The translations under genes and the position numbers were made by a program. Under the pieces are notes generated by a model. That model did no database searches. It was not told where the DNA came from and was given only the letters and a program-made list of their open reading frames with translations. A stretch of DNA of 64,000 nucleotides from Patescibacteria group bacterium (GTDB lineage Bacteria; Patescibacteriota; Minisyncoccia; Minisyncoccales; GWA2-38-27): assembly GCA_020148045.1 (NCBI GenBank), contig JAHCRG010000006.1, positions 137,909-201,908 of the forward strand, written 5' to 3'. Positions 15,165-23,777 of the stretch are shown here, in pieces; position 1 is the stretch's first letter; the number at the start of each line of letters is the position of its first letter.

Positions 15165-16786
15165 AGAAATGGCGTGTTAATTTAATCTTTATCGTAATTA
15201 TCTTATTTGGGGCGGCTATTATTAGCCGCTTGGTTTATCTTCAAATTATTCAAGAAGAACTTTATAAAGCATTAGCCCAAGGACAACAAAAAGACTTCCA
15301 ACTTATAAAAGGGGAGCGAGGAGAAATTTTTTTTAGCGGAGGAGAAATTTTAGCTACAAATATAAAGGGAAGGTATGTCTTTGTTTCTCCTCAAGAAATT
15401 AAAGAAAAAGAAAAGACAGCAAGGACGCTTTCTCAAATTTTTAATTTAGAGGAAGAGTTGATTTTAGAAAAACTTAAAAAAGATAGTTTGTTTGAGAAAA
15501 TAAAAAGCAAAATAACAAAAGAGGAAGAACAGGCTCTAAAAGAAATAAATTTAGCCGGGGTTTATTTAGGAGAAGCGGTTTTTAGGGAATATCCTCAGAG
15601 AACTACGGCTTCTCAGACCATTGGATTTTTCGGGGGCGGAGAAAGAGGACAGTATGGAATAGAAGGTCATTATGATGATGTTCTTCAGGGGGAGGAAGGA
15701 ATTCAAGAATTTAACAAAGGTTTTGATATTTTTCTAACTCTTGACTATAATATTCAATTTATGGCTGAGAAGTTATTGGAGAGCGCCAAAGAAAATTTAA
15801 ATATTAAAGGAGGTCAAATTATAGTTTTAGACCCCAATTCAGGAAAAATTTTAGCTTTAGCTAATTTTCCAAACTTTGACCCAAATAATTATTCAGAAGT
15901 TGATTTTGAGCTCTTTCAAAATTCAACAGTTCAAAAACTTTTTGAACCGGGTTCAGCCTTTAAACCGATTACTATGGCAGCTGCCCTTGAGCAAGAAAAA
16001 ATAACACCCAAAACTACTTATATTGATACCGGGAAAGTAAAAATCGGAGAACACACTATTGATAATTATAATGAAAGGGTGTTCGGAAAACAAACCATGA
16101 CCGAGGTTTTGGAAAAATCAATTAATACTGGAGCAGTATTTGTTGAAAGACAGTTGGGGCACGAGCTTTTTTTGGAATACATAGACCTGTTTGGTTTTTT
16201 TGAACCAACTGGAATTGATTTGCAAGGAGAGGAATTTTCTGAAAATAGAGAATTTAAAAAAGGCTATGAGATAAATTTTGCCACTGCCTCTTATGGTCAA
16301 GGAATTGAAATGACACCTATTCAATTGGTTAGAGCTTTTTGTGCGATTGCTAATGGGGGGAAATTAGTCAGGCCTTATATAGTAGAAAAAATTGTTGAGA
16401 ATGGTACAATGATTGAAACCCAACCTGAGATATCTTCAAATCAGATTATTTCCCCCAAAACTGCTTCTCAGTTAACGGCAATGTTAATTAGCGTAGTTGA
16501 AAATGGTTTTGCCAGAGCAGCTAAAGTTCCAGACTACTACATTGCTGGAAAAACCGGTACTGCTCAGATTCCTTGGTCAACTCTTGATATAGATAAAAGA
16601 GGTTATTCTCAAGAAACCTGGCAAAGTTTTATTGGATTTGTTCCTGCTTTTAGTCCCAGGTTTCTAATTTTAATAAAACTTGATAATCCTGGAACTAAAA
16701 CTGCTGAATATTCAGCAGTCCCAATCTTCAAAGAATTGGCTAAATATATTATAGATTATTTAGAGATACCACCGGACTACGAATAA
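15161..16786 (+). CDS. ftsI: Class B penicillin-binding protein (FtsI/PBP2-type transpeptidase)
   Basis: N-terminal TM, SAFK (SxxK), SIN (SxN) and KTGT motifs. Overlaps ftsL by 4 nt. Confidence 0.88.
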   Translation: MKKWRVNLIFIVIILFGAAIISRLVYLQIIQEELYKALAQGQQKDFQLIKGERGEIFFSGGEILATNIKGRYVFVSPQEIKEKEKTARTLSQIFNLEEELILEKLKKDSLFEKIKSKITKEEEQALKEINLAGVYLGEAVFREYPQRTTASQTIGFFGGGERGQYGIEGHYDDVLQGEEGIQEFNKGFDIFLTLDYNIQFMAEKLLESAKENLNIKGGQIIVLDPNSGKILALANFPNFDPNNYSEVDFELFQNSTVQKLFEPGSAFKPITMAAALEQEKITPKTTYIDTGKVKIGEHTIDNYNERVFGKQTMTEVLEKSINTGAVFVERQLGHELFLEYIDLFGFFEPTGIDLQGEEFSENREFKKGYEINFATASYGQGIEMTPIQLVRAFCAIANGGKLVRPYIVEKIVENGTMIETQPEISSNQIISPKTASQLTAMLISVVENGFARAAKVPDYYIAGKTGTAQIPWSTLDIDKRGYSQETWQSFIGFVPAFSPRFLILIKLDNPGTKTAEYSAVPIFKELAKYIIDYLEIPPDYE

Positions 16787-16813
16787 ATAATTTTCAATTT
16801 GAGAGCCTAAACT

Positions 16814-17860
16814 ATGAGCATATTTAAAAAACTCATCTTTATTTTCAAAAGGCCTTCTGTTATCCTTATCACCGGTAAGGGTCGTTCTTGCGCTACTCAA
16901 GCTATTTCCAAGGCATTAAAGTCATACACTGAAAAGGGAAAAATTAAGATTTTTGAATCAGATTTATCAGAACCCAAAGAGATAGAAAAATTTAGCTTCT
17001 TGCTTAAGAGGTCTCAATTGCCAATTTTAGTGGTGACTCATATCGGAGATATCCCGGCAGATAAAGATTTTTTTGCTGGAGACAGAGAAGAAACTCTTCA
17101 GATAAGAAAGTTAGCTAAAATTTTGCCAGACCGGGCTTTCCTAATTTTAAATTTTGACGATGAAACTGTTCGGGAAATAGAAAATGAATCTTTAGCTCAT
17201 TCTTTAACTTATGGCTTTCAAAAAAGAGCGGATTTTCGAGTAAGTGATATCAACCTCAATTTAACCGGAACAAACTTTAAAATGAATTATGAGGAAAATA
17301 TCGTTCCTTTTTGGCTAAAAAATCTTTTTGGAAAAGAGCAAATATATAGTGCCTTGACAGCGATTTGTCTGGGGGTAGTAAAGAATATAAATTTGGTTGA
17401 AATATCTCAGGCCTTAGGGACTTATGAATCGCTTCCTGGAAAAATGAGATTAATAAAGGGCATAAAAAATTCTTCAGTTCTTGATGATAGTGAAAATGCT
17501 ACTCTTTTTTCAATGATTGAAGGTTTGGAGATTTTAGGAAAGATTGAGGTAGAAGGGAGAAAAATTGCTGTTTTAGGAGATGTTTTAGGAATTGGAAAAT
17601 ATACAATTGAAGCCCATGAAACGATTGGGGAGAAAGTAGCCCGAGTTAGTGGTTTACTTTTTACGGTTGGCTCAAGGACCAAGTTCATTGCCCAGGGAGC
17701 AATGAGTAAGGGAATGCCAGAGCAAAATATTTTTCAATTTGATAATATTGAAGAAGCGAAAAAAGCTCTTCAAAAAGAAATAAAAAAAGGTGACTTAATT
17801 TTAGTAGATGGCTCAAAAGAAATGAAAATGGGGGAGATAATTGAGGAGATAAAAGCGTAA
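16814..17860 (+). CDS. Short Mur-ligase-family protein (MurF-like) with a degenerate P-loop
   Basis: 348 aa. ITGKGRSCATQA stands in place of GTNGKTT. The Mur ligase middle and C-terminal domain pattern is present (LNFDD, VLDDSENA, VLGDVLGIG). The N-terminal domain is absent. Confidence 0.6.
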   Translation: MSIFKKLIFIFKRPSVILITGKGRSCATQAISKALKSYTEKGKIKIFESDLSEPKEIEKFSFLLKRSQLPILVVTHIGDIPADKDFFAGDREETLQIRKLAKILPDRAFLILNFDDETVREIENESLAHSLTYGFQKRADFRVSDINLNLTGTNFKMNYEENIVPFWLKNLFGKEQIYSALTAICLGVVKNINLVEISQALGTYESLPGKMRLIKGIKNSSVLDDSENATLFSMIEGLEILGKIEVEGRKIAVLGDVLGIGKYTIEAHETIGEKVARVSGLLFTVGSRTKFIAQGAMSKGMPEQNIFQFDNIEEAKKALQKEIKKGDLILVDGSKEMKMGEIIEEIKA

Positions 17861-17911
17861 TAGTTTTTGTAAATCGACAAAATCTAAATTTTATGATAAG
17901 TTAGATATGAT

Positions 17912-17986
17912 GCCGCCTTCGTCTAGTGGTTTAGGACATCTCGTTCTCAACGAGAAGATTCGCGGGTTCGAATCCCGCAGGCGGCA
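17912..17986 (+). tRNA. tRNA-Glu (anticodon CUC)
   Basis: GCCGCCT/AGGCGGC acceptor, GTCTAGTGGTTTAGGAC D arm typical of tRNA-Glu, TCTCG-TTCTCAA-CGAGA anticodon arm, GCGGG-TTCGAAT-CCCGC T arm. The variable region appears to be 6 nt. Confidence 0.82.
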
Positions 17987-17993
17987 CACAAAA

Positions 17994-18020
17994 AGAGGTT
18001 TTTAACAAACCTCTTTTTTT
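17994..18020 (+). terminator. Intrinsic terminator after tRNA-Glu
   Basis: agaggttt-ttaac-aaacctct plus a T7 run. Confidence 0.8.
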
Positions 18021-18070
18021 ATTATAGCATTAGAGTTTTTTTCCACAAGGTTTTAAATATGTCTCTTTCT

Positions 18071-18079
18071 TGTTAGAAT
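18071..18079 (+). promoter_or_regulatory. Extended -10 (TGtTAGAAT) 8 nt upstream of the ATPase ATG, with leaderless geometry
   Basis: Direct reading. There is no SD between the -10 and the ATG at 18088. Confidence 0.5.
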
Positions 18080-18087
18080 AAAACAAT

Positions 18088-20697
18088 ATGACAAAAGAAG
18101 TTGCGTGGCACAGTCTTTCTTGGAGAGAAGTGGTTGAAAAGCTTAAATCAGATTATAAAGATGGCTTAGATGAAAAAGAGGTAAAAGAGAGAAGAGAGAA
18201 ATTTGGCAGAAATTTACTTCCAAAGGAAAAGTCCCTCTCCAAATTGGAGATATTTTTAGAGCAATTCAAAAGCCCCTTAATTTATATTTTAGTGATAGCT
18301 GGAATTGTGGTTTTGTTTTTTAAAGAATTTACTGATGCTATTGTTATTTTCGGGGCTGTTATTTTGAATACTGTTGTTGGATATTTTCAGGAAAATAAAG
18401 CCAGTCAAGCCCTGAGAAAACTAAAAAAGATAGTTAAGATTAAAGCCCAGGTAATAAGAGAAGGAAATATAAAAATTATAGATTCTGGAGAATTGGTTCC
18501 AGGTGATATTTTTATTTTAAGTCCTGGAGATAAGGTACCAGCTGATGGGAGAATTATTGAAAGTTATAATTTAAAAACTAATGAAATGGCTTTAACTGGT
18601 GAATGGCTGCCAGCTGAGAAAAAATCAGATGTCCTTCCAGGGAAAACACCGTTGGCAGATAGAGATAATATGGTTTATATGGGAACGGTTACAGAAGATG
18701 GGAAGGCAAAAGTTGTTGTTACCTCAACTGGCCTGGAAACTGAAATAGGCGAGGTAGCTCAGATGGTAAAAGAAGCCAAGGAAGAAAAGACACCCTTGCA
18801 AAAGAAGTTAGCGAGGTTTGCTAAAATTGTTGGTGGAGTTATTGTAGCGATTTGTATTGTTATTTTCATTGAAGGAGTGATTACCGGAAACACTCTCTTG
18901 GAAATGTTTGAAGTAGCAGTAGCTGTGGCAGTAGCTGCTATTCCCGAGGGTTTGCCAGTAGCAATGACAGTCATTTTGGCTTTAGGGATGCAGAGAATTT
19001 TAAAAAAGAGAGGATTAGTTAGAAAACTTGCTTCAGCAGAAACCTTAGGAAGCACCAGTATTATAGCAACCGATAAGACCGCCACCTTAACAGAGGGAAA
19101 AATGAAAGTAACTGAAATTTTAACAGAAACAAAGGCAGGCCGACGTTTAGCTCTTAAGATTGCCACTTTGTGTAATGAGGCGTTTATTGAAAACCCAGAG
19201 GAGCCAATGGAAAAATGGGTTATCCGAGGCAGGCCAACAGACAAGGCATTGCTTTTGGCAGGGGTACAAGCTGGAATTAATAAAAAAGAATTGGAAAGAA
19301 AAATGCTAAAAACTGCTGAACTTCCATTTAGCACAATAAATAAATACTTAGCTCGGGCATTTGCCTTAAGTAAAAAAGAAGACATCCTTTATATTTCTGG
19401 GGCCCCTGAAAAAATATTGGAAATATCAAAATATTTAAGAAAAGGCAATAGGGAAATACCCCTGACCCCAGAGATAGAAGATAAAATAAAAGCTGAATTG
19501 GAGGAGTTGACCGGGGAGGGATTGAGAGTAGTAGCTGTTGGTTATAAAAAAATTAAGAGCTTGAAAAGTTTTTTTGATAATTTGGTTTTTGTTGGCTTAA
19601 TAGCCCTAAAAGACCCGGTTAGGAAAGAAGTGAAAAAAGCAATAAAAATCTGCCGACAGGCAGGGATGAAACCGATTATTGCTACTGGCGACCACAAGTT
19701 AACAGCAAAGGCAGTAGCTCAGGAATTAGGATTTAAAGTAAAGGAAGAAAATATTATGGAAGGCAGAGAATTAGATAAACTTTCAGACAAAGAATTTGAA
19801 AAGAGGGTAAAAGATATTCAGATTTATGCCCGAGTTGAACCGAAACATAAAATGAGAATTATTCAGGCCTGGCAGGAGAAAGGGGAAGTAATAGCAATGA
19901 CTGGAGATGGAATTAATGACGCCCCAGCTTTAAAGAAAGCTGATATTGGAGTAGCTTTGGGCTCGGGCACAGAAGTTGCCAAAGAGGTTTCTGACCTTGT
20001 TTTGCTGACTGATAATTTCAATATCATTGTAGCTGCAGTAGAAGAGGGGAGAGCGATTATTGATAATGTCCGCAAGGTAATTACCTATCTGCTTTCTGAT
20101 TCTTTTACTGAAACAATCTTGATTGGAGTAGGTCTTTTCTTTGGTTATTTACCAATTACTGCTGTCCAAATTTTATGGGTAAATCTTATTGAAGACGGTC
20201 TTCCTGATATTGCTTTAGCTTTTGAGCCAAAAGAAAAAGATTTAATGAAGCAAAAACCTCAGGGTCATGATATGCCGCTTTTGAATCGAGAAATGAAAGT
20301 ATTGATTTTTATTATTGGGATAATAACTGATCTCTTTCTTTTAGGATTATTTTTCTGGCTTTTAAAATATTCTAATTATGAAATTCCTCATATTAGAACA
20401 GTGATTTTTGGGGGATTAGCCATAGATTCGCTTTTTTATGTTTTTTCTTGCAAAAGTTTAAGAAGGAATGTCTGGCATATAAATCCGTTTTCTAATAAGT
20501 TTTTAGTTTTTGCCTGGGTTTTCGGCGCTCTAACCCTTATCGGAGCCATTTATCTATCTCCGCTTCAAACTCTTTTGAAAACCGTGCCCCTAAATCTTTT
20601 TGATTGGGGATTACTTTTAACCCTTGGTCTTATTAATTTAATTTTGATTGAGGCTACGAAACATTATTTCATTGTGAGGCATCAAACTGATATATAA
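18088..20697 (+). CDS. P-type ATPase, type IIA/IIB cation (Ca2+)-transporting family
   Basis: Cation_ATPase_N-like start, DKTATLT phosphorylation site, TGDGINDAPALKKADIGVA, 10-TM architecture. Confidence 0.88.
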   Translation: MTKEVAWHSLSWREVVEKLKSDYKDGLDEKEVKERREKFGRNLLPKEKSLSKLEIFLEQFKSPLIYILVIAGIVVLFFKEFTDAIVIFGAVILNTVVGYFQENKASQALRKLKKIVKIKAQVIREGNIKIIDSGELVPGDIFILSPGDKVPADGRIIESYNLKTNEMALTGEWLPAEKKSDVLPGKTPLADRDNMVYMGTVTEDGKAKVVVTSTGLETEIGEVAQMVKEAKEEKTPLQKKLARFAKIVGGVIVAICIVIFIEGVITGNTLLEMFEVAVAVAVAAIPEGLPVAMTVILALGMQRILKKRGLVRKLASAETLGSTSIIATDKTATLTEGKMKVTEILTETKAGRRLALKIATLCNEAFIENPEEPMEKWVIRGRPTDKALLLAGVQAGINKKELERKMLKTAELPFSTINKYLARAFALSKKEDILYISGAPEKILEISKYLRKGNREIPLTPEIEDKIKAELEELTGEGLRVVAVGYKKIKSLKSFFDNLVFVGLIALKDPVRKEVKKAIKICRQAGMKPIIATGDHKLTAKAVAQELGFKVKEENIMEGRELDKLSDKEFEKRVKDIQIYARVEPKHKMRIIQAWQEKGEVIAMTGDGINDAPALKKADIGVALGSGTEVAKEVSDLVLLTDNFNIIVAAVEEGRAIIDNVRKVITYLLSDSFTETILIGVGLFFGYLPITAVQILWVNLIEDGLPDIALAFEPKEKDLMKQKPQGHDMPLLNREMKVLIFIIGIITDLFLLGLFFWLLKYSNYEIPHIRTVIFGGLAIDSLFYVFSCKSLRRNVWHINPFSNKFLVFAWVFGALTLIGAIYLSPLQTLLKTVPLNLFDWGLLLTLGLINLILIEATKHYFIVRHQTDI

Positions 20698-20712
20698 AGT
20701 ATTTATAATAAT

Positions 20713-21750
20713 ATGATTTGGTTATTCATTTTTATAATCTCTTGTTTCGTCTTATTCTGGTCAGGTTCCAGGTTAGTTAAAGGCCTAATAAGAATGGCTC
20801 GGTATTTAGGTTGGCGGGAGTTTGTAGTAGCTTTTTTTGTTATGGCTTTTGCTGGTACTCTCCCTAACCTATTTGTTGGAATTAATTCGGCTTTGCATGG
20901 AATCCCCCAGCTTTCTTTTGGAGAAGTTGTCGGTGGGAATGTTGCTGATTTAACTTTAGCTGTGGCTTTGGCTATTTTAATCGGCGGCACCGCCCTGCAA
21001 GTTAGAAGTAAAATGGTTCAGACCAGCACTATTTTTACTGTTGCAGTCGCCATTTTACCTTTAATTTTAATCTTGGATGGAAATTTAGGAAGGGGCGATG
21101 GTTTAATTTTACTTTTAGCTTTTGGTCTGTATATCCTTTGGCTTTTTTCAAAAGAAGAAAGATTTAGAAAGGTTTATAAAGGAGATAAATATAAAGAAAA
21201 TAAAAATAAAGAAAATAAAAACGAACAGGGACACAACCTACGGTTTATAGATTTTTTAAGGAACAGAAAAGAGCCAAAAAGTATTAGACGGTTTAAGACC
21301 TTTTTAAAAGATTTAAGAAAGATAACAGTGGCTTTAATTTTACTTTTAGCAGCTTCCTGGGGAGTGGTCCAAAGTGCTCAGGTTTTTGCTGATGCATTAA
21401 ACGTTACCCTTCCAATAATTGGGATTTTAATTGTTGGATTAGGAAATGCCCTCCCAGAAACTTATTTTGCCATTGTTTCGGCAAGAAAACGACATACCTG
21501 GCTGATTTTAGGAAACTTAATGGGCTCGGTTATTGTTTGTGCTACCCTTGTTTTAGGAATCGTTGTTTTAATTCACCCAATTAAAGACATTGACTTTTCT
21601 CCTTTTGCTATTGCTCGTATCTTCCTTATAATTTCAGCTGTATTCTTTTTGATAGTTGTTAGAACCGATCAAAAAATCACTAAAATAGAAGCTTTTCTCC
21701 TGCTGGGAATTTACATCCTTTTTCTTGTAGCTGAAATATTCTTCAGATAA
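20713..21750 (+). CDS. Ca2+/Na+ (CaCA, YrbG-like) antiporter family membrane protein
   Basis: Two alpha-repeat motifs (GEVVGGNVADLTL and GLGNALPETYFAIVSA) separated by a charged cytoplasmic loop. Confidence 0.8.
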   Translation: MIWLFIFIISCFVLFWSGSRLVKGLIRMARYLGWREFVVAFFVMAFAGTLPNLFVGINSALHGIPQLSFGEVVGGNVADLTLAVALAILIGGTALQVRSKMVQTSTIFTVAVAILPLILILDGNLGRGDGLILLLAFGLYILWLFSKEERFRKVYKGDKYKENKNKENKNEQGHNLRFIDFLRNRKEPKSIRRFKTFLKDLRKITVALILLLAASWGVVQSAQVFADALNVTLPIIGILIVGLGNALPETYFAIVSARKRHTWLILGNLMGSVIVCATLVLGIVVLIHPIKDIDFSPFAIARIFLIISAVFFLIVVRTDQKITKIEAFLLLGIYILFLVAEIFFR

Positions 21751-21876
21751 AAAAAGGAAGGCTGCTTGCTGCAATACCTTCCTTGTGGCATTGTGGAGGA
21801 TAAGGCATTAGCCTTGGCAGAACTTCGTGGGGAACTTCCAAAGCCATGTCTGACACGATGCCATTTCCGTCGTTCT
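21749..21876 (-). ncRNA. Candidate small RNA (approx 128 nt) with its own promoter and terminator and an exposed CCUCC
   Basis: On the minus strand: TTGACA (21912-21907), 18 nt, TATAAT (21888-21883), then hairpins, then GGAAGG-N15-CCUUCC plus U7 (21782-21749). No ORF is present, and it lies between convergent units. Confidence 0.5.
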
Positions 21877-21921
21877 ATTTTCATTATAGACTCATCATTT
21901 ACATCCTGTCAAGGGGAATCA

Positions 21922-21942
21922 CTACGAGAACAGTTCTCGTAG
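21922..21942. promoter_or_regulatory. Perfect 21-bp palindrome CTACGAGAAC-A-GTTCTCGTAG, copy 1
   Basis: Direct reading. Lies 9 bp upstream of the -35 of the sRNA candidate promoter. The second copy is at 22294-22314. Confidence 0.5.
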
Positions 21943-21983
21943 AAATAAAGCAGGCCGAAAGTTTAATCTCTCGGCCTTTTGGT

Positions 21984-22217
21984 TTATTGCTGAGAATATG
22001 CTTTGGGTTGACCAAATCTTCTTCTCCTTTCTTTTTGGAAATGTCGCAAGAAACTTATTGCTAAAATCAGGCAGAACATATCCGAGAAGCCTGCTAGGTA
22101 GTACCCAAGATAGTCAGGGTTATTCATTAGGTCTAATAAGTTTCCTCTCATGAATATGGCCAAAAGAATTATAAAGAAAATACCATATTGAAGACAATTT
22201 TTCTCTGTTACATTCAT
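21984..22217 (-). CDS. Small two-TM membrane protein (77 aa) with a basic C-terminal tail
   Basis: RBS aggagg 5 nt upstream. Flanked by the duplicated promoter block and the double hairpin. Confidence 0.6.
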   Translation of the reverse strand: MNVTEKNCLQYGIFFIILLAIFMRGNLLDLMNNPDYLGYYLAGFSDMFCLILAISFLRHFQKERRRRFGQPKAYSQQ

Positions 22218-22230
22218 AACTACCTCCTTT

Positions 22231-22291
22231 TAAATTTTGAAGTTGCTTTTGTTTAATATATATTATCGTAATATTTTAAATTTGTCAAAAG
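22231..22291 (-). promoter_or_regulatory. 61-bp duplicated promoter block, copy 1
   Basis: On the minus strand: TTGACA (22288-22283), 17 nt, TAATAT (22265-22260). Two mismatches to 22634-22694. Confidence 0.65.
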
Positions 22292-22293
22292 AA

Positions 22294-22350
22294 CTACGAG
22301 AACAGTTCTCGTAGAAATAAAACAGGCCGAAAGGTTTTTGTCTTTCGGCC
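22294..22350 (-). terminator. Palindrome copy 2 plus GGCCGAAAG hairpin (terminator of the 79-aa gene)
   Basis: Repeat of 21921-21980. ggccgaaag...ctttcggcc with flanking A/T runs. Confidence 0.6.
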
Positions 22351-22375
22351 CTTAGCTTAATATAGTGAGTGTGTT

Positions 22376-22615
22376 TTAGCCTAACATATTTTCTTTTTTC
22401 TTTCTGTCAGATGGTAGCATGTGGGTGTTAGAAAAAACACTGACAAACAGCAAGAATCCTATTCCAATCACTATTGCCCCTCCAAAAAATAAAACTACTA
22501 CTAAATCAATTCCTAATTTATGGATGGATTCCACTGCCTCAAGAATGAGAGAAGTCCCTATGTAGATAGCCAGAACACCCGCGAAAAGCAAGATTATTTT
22601 TTTTATAAGTTTCAT
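22376..22615 (-). CDS. Small two-TM membrane protein (79 aa) with a basic C-terminal tail
   Basis: RBS aaggag. Same flanking module as the 77-aa gene, but the protein sequence is unrelated. Confidence 0.6.
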   Translation of the reverse strand: MKLIKKIILLFAGVLAIYIGTSLILEAVESIHKLGIDLVVVLFFGGAIVIGIGFLLFVSVFSNTHMLPSDRKKKENMLG

Positions 22616-22633
22616 CTTTTCTCCTTTACTTAT

Positions 22634-22694
22634 TAAATTTTGAAGTTACTTTTGTTTAATATATATTATCGTAATATCTTAAATTTGTCAAAAG
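22634..22694 (-). promoter_or_regulatory. 61-bp duplicated promoter block, copy 2
   Basis: TTGACA at 22691-22686 and TAATAT at 22668-22663, on the minus strand. Confidence 0.65.
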
Positions 22695-22733
22695 ATAATT
22701 GATTTTTTATTGGAAACATTGTAAGATGAGGTA

Positions 22734-23771
22734 ATGATGGAGTATATAATCGGAATTTTAATATTAATTATTGTTGGTTTGGCAGTGGGGCTTTTTTTAT
22801 TATTGAGAAAAAAACCAGAAAAGCAGTCAGATGCATTAGTGATGCTTCAGCAGCAAATGAATCATATTAGTCAGGTTTTAGATAGTAAATTGTCTGAATC
22901 AACTAAAGCCATCCAAGCCCAGTTTGGACAAAGCGCTAAAATTATTCAGGATGTTACAGAAAAACTTACTCGGCTTGATGAAACCAATAAACAGGTTGTA
23001 AGTTTCGCTGATCAATTGAGAAATTTACAGGATATTTTAAAGAACCCAAAGCAAAGAGGGGTTTTAGGAGAGTATTATTTAGAAACTGTTTTGAAAAATG
23101 TCTTGCCTCCCGGCTCATATCAAATGCAATATCCATTTAAGGATGGAACTATAGTTGATGCTGCAGTATTTATTGATAAACGGATTATTCCAATTGATTC
23201 TAAGTTTAGTTTAGAAAATTACAATAGAATATTAGAAACAAATAACCCCGAAGAGAAAAGAAAATACGAAAGAGCTTTTATAAATGATCTTAAAATTAGA
23301 ATTGACGAAACATCAAAATATGTAAAACCAGAAGAAAACACAATGGATTTCGCTTTTATGTTTATTCCTTCAGAAGCAGTTTATTATGATTTGCTTATTA
23401 ATAAAGTTGGAGCGGTTACTGATGATACCAATAATTTGATTTACTACGCTGGCAAGAAAAAAGTTATAGTTATTTCTCCTACTTCTTTCTTGGCATATTT
23501 GCAAACTGTTCTTCAAGGACTAAGAAACCAAAAGATTTCAGAACAGGCCAGAGAAGTGATTAGAGAGGTTGAGCGTTTGGGCAGGCATTTGGGAAGTTAT
23601 AGTGAATATATGAAAAAACTTGGAAATCACTTGGGCACAACTGTAAGTACTTATAAAAAGGCCCACAAAGAATTTGCCAAAGTTGATAAAGATGTGGTAA
23701 AAATTACTGGTACAGGGTCAAAAATAAAACTCAAAGAACCAGATATTGAACCACCATTATTAGAAGAATAA
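22734..23771 (+). CDS. rmuC: DNA recombination protein RmuC
   Basis: N-terminal TM, coiled-coil, then NPKQRGVLGEYYLETVL and the RmuC nuclease-like C-terminal region. Confidence 0.85.
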   Translation: MMEYIIGILILIIVGLAVGLFLLLRKKPEKQSDALVMLQQQMNHISQVLDSKLSESTKAIQAQFGQSAKIIQDVTEKLTRLDETNKQVVSFADQLRNLQDILKNPKQRGVLGEYYLETVLKNVLPPGSYQMQYPFKDGTIVDAAVFIDKRIIPIDSKFSLENYNRILETNNPEEKRKYERAFINDLKIRIDETSKYVKPEENTMDFAFMFIPSEAVYYDLLINKVGAVTDDTNNLIYYAGKKKVIVISPTSFLAYLQTVLQGLRNQKISEQAREVIREVERLGRHLGSYSEYMKKLGNHLGTTVSTYKKAHKEFAKVDKDVVKITGTGSKIKLKEPDIEPPLLEE

Positions 23772-23777
23772 CTGAAT

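Noticed and set aside
18759-20075. Antisense ORFs within the P-type ATPase gene (18759-19385 -, 19863-20075 -) and the ORF at 20703-20990 (-) opposite the antiporter start.
   Set aside because: They are fully contained in well-supported sense genes, have no RBS, and their composition mirrors the sense codons.
21186-21226. Short tandem repeat (aaagaaaataaaaat x2) inside the antiporter gene.
   Set aside because: It encodes the KENKNKENKN loop of the cytoplasmic linker. This is trivial low-complexity slippage, not a regulatory or mobile repeat.
21749-21876. The possibility that the sRNA candidate is the SRP (4.5S) RNA, because of GUCAG, GGAAG and GCCAAGGC strings.
   Set aside because: The helix-8 architecture is not reproducible. 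There is no GNAR tetraloop closed by the conserved stem and no symmetric or asymmetric loop pattern. The GAAGUUC strings are direct repeats, not inverted ones.
21846-22064. 72-aa plus-strand ORF spanning the sRNA promoter, the palindrome and the terminators.
   Set aside because: It crosses several hairpin and terminator elements and a minus-strand promoter. It has no RBS and no recognisable protein features.
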